Assembly: GCA_013375475.1 (NCBI GenBank)
Contig: JABXKD010000043.1
Coordinates: 1 to 14,631, forward strand
Source of the DNA: Promethearchaeota archaeon
Lineage (GTDB): Archaea > Asgardarchaeota > Lokiarchaeia > Sigyniarchaeales > SOKP01
Direction of reading: 5' to 3'
Length of the DNA: 14,631 nucleotides
Shown: positions 8,851 to 14,631 of the stretch, piece after piece
Numbering within the stretch: the first letter of the stretch is position 1
Layout of the letters: the number at the start of each line of letters is the position of its first letter
Notes under the pieces: generated by a model
Database searches by the model: none
Seen by the model: only the letters and a program-made list of their open reading frames with translations
Told to the model about the DNA's origin: nothing
Made by a program: the position numbers and the translations under genes

Positions 8851-9819
8851 ATGAATTTTAACAAAAAGAGGATTTTAATCACTGGAGCTGCAGGCTTTAT
8901 TGGGAGTAACCTTACTGATAGTTTATTAGAAGAAGGTGCAGAGGTTATCGGTATTGACAATCTCTTTAGTGGAAGTCTAGAAAATCTAGAGCGTGCATTT
9001 AAAAATAAAAAATTTGAATTCCATAAAGGAGATATCCGTGATCTAAACTTTCTATTAGATATCTTTAAAGATATTGATATAGTGTATCATCAAGCAGCGT
9101 TTACAAGTGTACCTCAATCTGTTAAAATGCCAGAGAATTGTAATGATGTCAATGTAAATGGTGTTTTAAACGTACTGAACGCCGCTCGCCGAATGAATGT
9201 AGATAAGGTAATTTATGCTTCTAGTTCAGCAGTATATGGAGATACACCTACCTTGCCTAAACGAGAGGATATGCGAAGGATACCAATATCTCCATACGGC
9301 GTTGCTAAATTAGCTTGTGAAGCCTACATGCAGGCGTATCATCATGTGTATGGGTTAAAAACAATTTCTTTAAGATATTTTAATGTTTTTGGACCAAGGC
9401 AAAGAGATTCACCTTATAGCGGAGTTATTGCTATCTGGTTAGGCAATATTATTAGAAATGAAGATCTAATAATATTTGGGGATGGTAAAATTTCGAGGGA
9501 TTTTACTTACATTAAGGATGTAATTCAAGCGAATCTTTTAGCTGCGGAACATAATGCAGCAGGAGAAATAATTAACATAGGCGCGGGATCACCAATAACT
9601 CTAACAGATTTGGCAACTTTAATGTTAAAAATAGTGAAAAAAGAAAATCTAAAAATTATTTATTCAGATCCCAGACCTGGTGATATATTACACAGCTATG
9701 CTGATATCTCGAAAGCATTGGATTTAATACATTTCAAACCAGAATATGATCAGGAACGAGGTTTATCTGATTATTTCAAATGGTACAGCAATAGATATAA
9801 TATAGATTTAAAGAAATAA
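8851..9819 (+). CDS. NAD-dependent epimerase (extended SDR), WbpP/TviC-like UDP-GlcNAc(A)/UDP-Glc 4-epimerase
   Basis: TGAAGFIGSN, HQAAFTSVPQS, ASSSAVYGDTPTLPKRE, catalytic YGVAK, LRYFNVFGPRQ...YSGVI, RDFTY, RPGDILHSYADI. Confidence 0.88.
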   Translation: MNFNKKRILITGAAGFIGSNLTDSLLEEGAEVIGIDNLFSGSLENLERAFKNKKFEFHKGDIRDLNFLLDIFKDIDIVYHQAAFTSVPQSVKMPENCNDVNVNGVLNVLNAARRMNVDKVIYASSSAVYGDTPTLPKREDMRRIPISPYGVAKLACEAYMQAYHHVYGLKTISLRYFNVFGPRQRDSPYSGVIAIWLGNIIRNEDLIIFGDGKISRDFTYIKDVIQANLLAAEHNAAGEIINIGAGSPITLTDLATLMLKIVKKENLKIIYSDPRPGDILHSYADISKALDLIHFKPEYDQERGLSDYFKWYSNRYNIDLKK

Positions 9820-9835
9820 AAGAATTATTGAAGAT

Positions 9836-12091
9836 ATGAGCGCTATTAAAATTAGTCTAAATAAAATCCTATTATATTTTAGATTAAGAATTAATCTCTT
9901 TTTCATAGTATTATCATTTTTAATGTTTTCATCAGTATTTCTTCAAATTAGTGGTATTTTGGTAGATGTATTTAAGGATTTGAATTTAGTTAGCGTAATT
10001 TTTATTTTATTGTTATTACCCTCGTATCCTATTTATTTTTTCATTTTTAAATTCGAAAATCTAAATGCTGTAGAGAGATTAAGCCTGACTATTGTTACTA
10101 ATTTATCAATCTATATTCTCGAAGGATTTATTGGCCATTCTTTAAAAATCCCATTAACGCCATTATTTTTTCTCTCAATAACTTTTTTTTTATTTATTAT
10201 TCTAATTGGTTCAACGGTTATTATTCAAATTAAAAATAAATCTCTCTCATCTTTTATAATATTACAAACCGATGTAGATAAAGAGAGGTTTTACAACGAT
10301 TTCTCGATTTTAAAATACATTAAGGATCGTTTATCCTTAAACGGGATTTTATTGATTATTTTTATTTTACTGTTTATCTTATCAGATTTCGCAAGGGGGG
10401 GTTATTTTATTGGGTTTGATCCGTGGCTACATATTAGTATAATTAGGTCGATTACCGAAACCTACCAATTACCTGCAGGAGAATACTTTGGAGCAATGGG
10501 TTTACACATTTTCAGCGTAGTTTTTCAATACTTTTCAGGAATAAGTGCAATAAATATACCTAGGTTTTCACTTTTTTACACATTTCCAGTTTCGAGTTTA
10601 ATTGTCTATTGTCTTCTAATGCGTGTATTTAAAAACAAAAATTTAGCAATTTTTGGAGTATACATATTAACCTTTACTTCATTAGGGTTTTCTTATTTGA
10701 TGTATCAATATTGGCCCTCGGGATTAACTTTTATCCAAGGGCTTATGATTTTTCTTCTACTTTTTATAAGATTACAAGCTTTTATAAAAGAGAGGCCTCC
10801 AAGTCGCAAAGAGATTTTTACTGGTATCTTTAAAACATATATACCGGTTATATTAATCCTAATTAGTGCTTTAATTACTCACTCATTGATGGCACTTATT
10901 ATTTTAATTTCTTTTGTATGGATTTATTTAATCTACTTCTGCATTAATGTCAGAAGAGGGTTTGATTTTTTCCTCTTATTAGGTTTGATGGGTATTTTTT
11001 TACTATTTTATAGCTTAAATATCAGTACGGGGCATCTTAGAGTGTTTGATAAGTTTTTTTCCTTACCAATTCAATACATTGTTTCAGGTTTAATTGCTGG
11101 TGCTTCAGTTATATTACTATCTATTCTCTATATCAGAAAGGACACCAAATTTACAACAGGAAGGTATAAGCTAATAATTTTCGGTAAAAAGAAAAAGTTT
11201 TATAAAACAGTTGAAGATCGGTTTTTTATACCAATTTTAATAGCTCTTGTAATTATTTTTACTATTACCTTTTTTATTGCAAATTTCTTTGTGTTTAATT
11301 TAAATTCTTATTTTATTTTTGTAGGTTTTGAATTAGCGCTATATATAATTATTGCTCTATGGGGATTTGGAGTGTATAGATTTAAGCCTAGGGGTAAAGT
11401 CTTATGGTTATGGGCAATTATATTGGTCTTTTTGATTTTTGCGGGTTTAATTTTTGATGTTTTCACCAACACTTTCCATTTTTATACACGGATTTTTTAT
11501 ATTAGCTCGGTTGTTATAGCTATAGGGTTTATTTCTTACTTTCAAAAATTAATGAAGTTAGGAGGAAGAAATGAAACAAAATCAATGATTTTGATAAGCT
11601 TAATAGTTTTCTTCTCTTTATTTGCTTCGTTTATTGATATAAGCGTTTCTAGGGAAATTTACACATTAAAGAAGCGAGAAGTGAGTACTATACAATGGTA
11701 TTCAAATTACACTAATGAGACTAATACGATAGTTGGTATGAATGGCTGGGAGCATGTTTTTGTATATTACAATTTCCCCTTTGATAATCTAAGTTATGAT
11801 TTATCGTTCAAGCAGATTCATAATTTTATTCCTGCTGACAATGATCTAATGCACCCTGAGAATCATGTTTTGAGTAATGGTACAAATTTCTTAACAGAAA
11901 TGAAGAAAGACACAGAAATGGAAATTTATCTTCTTTTGTCTGATAATTTCTTATTAACATCAGGTTCGAGCTTTTTTGGTCAGCTGACTCCAGAAGAAAT
12001 AGAACATTATTATAATCTAAACTATTTAAATAGAATATTTTCTGCTAAAAGTGAAAACGGCGAAGAAATGCCCATTTATTGGGTTATATAA
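9836..12091 (+). CDS. Polytopic membrane protein, putative GT-C-fold glycosyltransferase with DUF1616-like N-terminus
   Basis: 751 aa with many TM segments. The N-terminal LP-x-Y...ERLSLTI pattern resembles DUF1616. GFDPWLH (10412-10432) sits in a loop after a TM helix, as the acidic motif does in GT-C/STT3-like enzymes. The soluble C-terminal domain starts at about EVSTIQWY. Membrane protein is secure; the GT-C call is inference. Confidence 0.55.
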   Translation: MSAIKISLNKILLYFRLRINLFFIVLSFLMFSSVFLQISGILVDVFKDLNLVSVIFILLLLPSYPIYFFIFKFENLNAVERLSLTIVTNLSIYILEGFIGHSLKIPLTPLFFLSITFFLFIILIGSTVIIQIKNKSLSSFIILQTDVDKERFYNDFSILKYIKDRLSLNGILLIIFILLFILSDFARGGYFIGFDPWLHISIIRSITETYQLPAGEYFGAMGLHIFSVVFQYFSGISAINIPRFSLFYTFPVSSLIVYCLLMRVFKNKNLAIFGVYILTFTSLGFSYLMYQYWPSGLTFIQGLMIFLLLFIRLQAFIKERPPSRKEIFTGIFKTYIPVILILISALITHSLMALIILISFVWIYLIYFCINVRRGFDFFLLLGLMGIFLLFYSLNISTGHLRVFDKFFSLPIQYIVSGLIAGASVILLSILYIRKDTKFTTGRYKLIIFGKKKKFYKTVEDRFFIPILIALVIIFTITFFIANFFVFNLNSYFIFVGFELALYIIIALWGFGVYRFKPRGKVLWLWAIILVFLIFAGLIFDVFTNTFHFYTRIFYISSVVIAIGFISYFQKLMKLGGRNETKSMILISLIVFFSLFASFIDISVSREIYTLKKREVSTIQWYSNYTNETNTIVGMNGWEHVFVYYNFPFDNLSYDLSFKQIHNFIPADNDLMHPENHVLSNGTNFLTEMKKDTEMEIYLLLSDNFLLTSGSSFFGQLTPEEIEHYYNLNYLNRIFSAKSENGEEMPIYWVI

Positions 12092-12123
12092 TTCATTTAT
12101 GGATGATAATCCGATTTTGTAAA

Positions 12124-12888
12124 TCAATCAAAAATTTCATATTCTCCTAGAAATGCTGTATCTAGTTTATCATTTAAGATTTGAGTCTTGTTACCTTCAA
12201 TTTTAAAAAAACTGGGGAGATTACCAACTTGTCCTACTTTATCTTCTCGACAAATAAAAGCGCCCTTGACACCTTCAATGTTTTCCGCTACATCTAGAGC
12301 ATCTTTGATTGATTTTTCAATATCCGCTCCTTTAACTTCATTTGCTACTCTCGTTGCGGCCCCATCTGCCAATGTTGCGGTTGTTGCGAATATAGTTACT
12401 GCATCAGCTTGACCCAAACTTATAGCATGCCCAATTGTGGCAGAACTTGTGCCAATTCCAATCGGACAATCTTTTTCTTGAATTAGAAATCCTAAATTTA
12501 AATTTAATTGATTATATCCAGCAAATAGTGCAATTTTTAAAGTTTCTTTGGTCTCTATTGCGATTTCACCTCCATTTTCGACTAACGCAACTTCAGGAGA
12601 ATTCATTGATTGTAGCATTAAATCAGCGAATGCACCTGCTACTGCTGCCATTGGACCGACATCACATACAACTGATGCTTCACTCATTAGATTGATAATC
12701 TCAAACTCTGTTTTAATTTTAATAGGTAAAAAGGAGGTGAGGAATTTGTCATTTTTTTTTATAAATTGTTCTAAAATTAAACGATTACTAGCCAAACTTT
12801 CTTTAGCTTTTAAAATGGCACTTTTCGACTCTGAAATTAAAGTTACATCCGATTCTTGTTCTAAAAAATGATATTTATATTTTTTCAT
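12124..12888 (-). CDS. UPF0280 family protein (ApbE-like superfamily)
   Basis: VGPMAAVAGA, ENGGEIA, GIGTSSATIGHAISLGQADAVTI, LADGAAT-x-x-AN are characteristic of archaeal UPF0280 proteins. Confidence 0.9.
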   Translation of the reverse strand: MKKYKYHFLEQESDVTLISESKSAILKAKESLASNRLILEQFIKKNDKFLTSFLPIKIKTEFEIINLMSEASVVCDVGPMAAVAGAFADLMLQSMNSPEVALVENGGEIAIETKETLKIALFAGYNQLNLNLGFLIQEKDCPIGIGTSSATIGHAISLGQADAVTIFATTATLADGAATRVANEVKGADIEKSIKDALDVAENIEGVKGAFICREDKVGQVGNLPSFFKIEGNKTQILNDKLDTAFLGEYEIFD

Positions 12889-12906
12889 TTAGACTATAAT
12901 GCGAAT

Positions 12907-12924
12907 TATATTTAATTAAATATA
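12907..12924. repeat. Perfect 18-bp palindrome TATATTTAATTAAATATA
   Basis: The sequence equals its own reverse complement and lies between divergent genes. It is all A/T, so it could be chance. Confidence 0.6.
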
Positions 12925-12930
12925 TATAAA
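12921..12930 (-). promoter_or_regulatory. Candidate TATA box for the UPF0280 gene within a divergent promoter region (12889-12971)
   Basis: The minus strand reads TTTATATATA, matching the archaeal TTTAWAWA consensus, 33-42 nt upstream of the ATG at 12888. Confidence 0.4.
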
Positions 12931-12971
12931 TAAGATTTTATTAATTATTCAAAAAATTTATAATTAATATT

Positions 12972-13460
12972 ATGAAGCAAATTAACTACGACGAAATCAT
13001 CAAACAATTGAAAGTTGAGCTAAATTCTGAATGTGCGATTGCAAATATATACGGAATTGTCTTAGCATCGAAAATAAAAGAATTTTCTAAAGGAAAGATT
13101 ATACCCCATAAAATTCTTTCTCTAATTGGGAGTTCAAAAGATATTGCGGACGAATTAAAGCTAAATAAAATAAATTCATTTGCTTTAGAAGCTCAAGAGT
13201 ATAACTATTTATTTACTTTCAGTGACGAGTTAATCTTAATATCAAAATTAGGCTTGAATATGAATTTAGCTAAGTACATGCCATCTATTTCAGTTTTCTT
13301 AAAAAAATTAAGTGAAAAACATAAGACACAAGAAGTGAGTGAGTTTTCGGTGTTTGATTTTTCAAAAGAAATTCAGAAAATTCAAGAAATTTTTCAAGAT
13401 AAGAAAAGTAATGACAAAAAGTATTCTATAATTAAGGATCTTGTAAAACACATCACGTAA
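12972..13460 (+). CDS. Roadblock/LC7 (LAMTOR2/MglB-like) domain protein with C-terminal helical extension
   Basis: Helix (YDEIIKQLKVEL), CAIANIYGIVLAS (roadblock 'xxvvdxdGlviaS' hairpin), helix ending ADELKL, strands SFALEA / YNYLFTF / LILISKL, helix NLAKYMPSISVFLKKL. This is the alpha-beta-beta-alpha-beta-beta-beta-alpha order of roadblock domains. It is adjacent to a small GTPase gene. Confidence 0.65.
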   Translation: MKQINYDEIIKQLKVELNSECAIANIYGIVLASKIKEFSKGKIIPHKILSLIGSSKDIADELKLNKINSFALEAQEYNYLFTFSDELILISKLGLNMNLAKYMPSISVFLKKLSEKHKTQEVSEFSVFDFSKEIQKIQEIFQDKKSNDKKYSIIKDLVKHIT

Positions 13461-13498
13461 TGATGAAATTTCTAAAAAAAATAACAGTATCTTAAATT

Positions 13499-13504
13499 AG
13501 GTGA
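13499..13504 (+). promoter_or_regulatory. Archaeal Shine-Dalgarno AGGTGA
   Basis: Matches the archaeal GGAGGTGA consensus core, 6 nt upstream of in-frame ATA13511. Confidence 0.55.
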
Positions 13505-13510
13505 AATATA

Positions 13511-14631
13511 ATATTAAGACAGGTTTACATATATAAGGGCGGCAAATTACTATATTATCGTCATTTCGGAAAAGCCCTTAAGAAAGTGGCTTTCAATGCT
13601 TTAGTAAAAGATTTGATGCGAGATGCTTTTGCTAAAGGAGGAAAAAAAGTAGAATATCACGATTATTATAAATATAGAATATCCTATATTACAGAGACAG
13701 AACATGAATTGATGTTTTTATTTGTAACTGGATTAACAGATAATTTTGAAAACATAAAAAAGGAACTAATCAAATGTCAAAAAGAATTTTTAAATTTCTT
13801 TGAAGATATCCTCCAACATAAGTTCGATTCTAAGACTTTTGAGATTTTTGATCCCACCATTGATTCAATTCATAAAAATTTAAGGCCAAAAATTTCATTA
13901 GTTGGTTTTTCGGGTGTTGGAAAAACCACGATAACTCGCTTAATTAAAGCTGAAGAAATTCCGATGCAACATATTCCAACAATAACAGGAGATATAGCTA
14001 CGATTAAAATAGGAAAATTACATTTTCATTTATGGGATTTTGCAGGACAAGAACAGTTTAGCTATTTATGGAATAATTTTATCAAGGGAAGTGATGCGGT
14101 TTTATTAATCACAGATTCAACTTTGGTAAATGTCGAAAAAAGTAAATTTTTCTTGGAACTTATAAAAGAACAAGCTGCTCAAGCCCACACATCAGTTATT
14201 GGTAACAAGCAAGATCTAGACGATGCTATGAAGCCTGAACAAATCGAGAAAATCTTAGGATTAAAAACATATTCAATGATTGCAAAAGATTCAGGAAACC
14301 GAGATAAAATGATAACTATTATTGCTGACATACTAGAAATGAGTGCAGAAGTTTCTCCATTATTGCAACCCCTATTAGAAAGGGATAATTATACTGAAAA
14401 AGCTGTAGAAGCTTTAGAGGCAGCAAAATTTGAGGAAGCTGCGATGTACTTTGAGAAAATAAGTGACTTATGCATCGAATTAGGAGATGATTCATTGGGT
14501 AAAGAATTCTATGAAAAATCTCTAAAAATAAAAACTATGATCCAACAATCGAGTACCGCTCAGAAAGCTCCTATTCAAGAACCAAAAAGTGTAGAACCTC
14601 AATCCAAGGCAATAGAACCACCTAAACCAAA
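13511..14631 (+). CDS. Longin-like domain + Ras-superfamily small GTPase (Arf/Rab-like) + helical hairpin + Pro/Lys/Glu-rich tail; 3' truncated; absent from the supplied ORF track
   Basis: Hand translation shows an open frame from 13505 to the window end: (I/M)LRQVYIYKGGKLLYYRHFGKALKKVAFNALVKDLMRDAF...YRISYITETEHELMFLFVTGLTDNFENIKKELIKCQKEFLNFF... G1 GFSGVGKTT (13904-13930), G2 IPTIT (13973-13987), G3 WDFAGQ (14033-14050), G4 NKQD (14204-14215). The start is uncertain (ATA13511/13508; first GTG 13586, first ATG 13616). Confidence 0.9.
   Translation, partial: MLRQVYIYKGGKLLYYRHFGKALKKVAFNALVKDLMRDAFAKGGKKVEYHDYYKYRISYITETEHELMFLFVTGLTDNFENIKKELIKCQKEFLNFFEDILQHKFDSKTFEIFDPTIDSIHKNLRPKISLVGFSGVGKTTITRLIKAEEIPMQHIPTITGDIATIKIGKLHFHLWDFAGQEQFSYLWNNFIKGSDAVLLITDSTLVNVEKSKFFLELIKEQAAQAHTSVIGNKQDLDDAMKPEQIEKILGLKTYSMIAKDSGNRDKMITIIADILEMSAEVSPLLQPLLERDNYTEKAVEALEAAKFEEAAMYFEKISDLCIELGDDSLGKEFYEKSLKIKTMIQQSSTAQKAPIQEPKSVEPQSKAIEPPKP

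Noticed and set aside
10395-10401. G7 homopolymer in the membrane protein gene as a phase-variation tract
   Set aside because: Short, in frame and explained by Arg-Gly-Gly codons; there is no evidence of length variation. A/T runs of 8-10 nt elsewhere are expected at this composition.
9836-12091. Calling the membrane protein aglB/STT3
   Set aside because: It lacks the WWDYG motif; only the DPW-type loop resembles AglB.
12188-12871. Three plus-strand ORFs (12188-12412, 12435-12695, 12548-12871)
   Set aside because: All lie antisense within the UPF0280 gene; shadow ORFs.
12124-12888. UPF0280/ApbE-like protein as the flavinylation partner of the FrhB-like domain
   Set aside because: FrhB-family proteins bind FAD non-covalently. 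The gene is convergent to the glycan operon and widespread in archaea, so proximity is probably incidental.
13501-13536. GTG13501 start with a programmed frameshift into the GTPase frame
   Set aside because: The GTG lies inside the SD motif, its frame stops after 11 codons and there is no clear slippery site. An ATA start or a point error is simpler.
1-14631. CRISPR arrays, tRNA/rRNA, IS elements, stop-codon readthrough
   Set aside because: No regularly spaced repeats, GC-rich structured RNA segments, transposase motifs or interrupted genes were seen. Intergenic gaps are short and AT-rich.

Overview
AT-rich archaeal-looking window, most likely from an Asgard archaeon (Lokiarchaeia-like). This is inferred from a roadblock gene next to a longin-small GTPase fusion, a UPF0280 gene, archaeal TATA/SD motifs and TTG starts. 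Bases 1-12091 are a surface-glycan biosynthesis locus. It encodes two tandem DPM1-like GT2 paralogs, an 840-aa fusion (polysaccharide pyruvyl transferase + 2x[4Fe-4S] ferredoxin + FrhB/FdhB-family flavoprotein), an oppositely oriented Wzx/MOP flippase, two more GT2s, two NDP-sugar epimerases of different subfamilies, and a 751-aa polytopic membrane protein with GT-C-like features. A convergent UPF0280/ApbE-like gene follows. Divergent from it are a roadblock/LAMTOR-like gene and a 3'-truncated ORF missing from the supplied track (about 13511 to the window end), which encodes longin domain + Arf/Rab-like small GTPase + helical hairpin + Pro-rich tail and appears to start at an ATA codon. The best candidates for new biology are the pyruvyl transferase-reductase fusion (possible one-protein lactyl-ether sugar synthase) and the roadblock + longin-GTPase module. 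No RNA genes, CRISPR arrays or mobile elements were recognised. All family calls come from reading motifs by eye, not from database searches.
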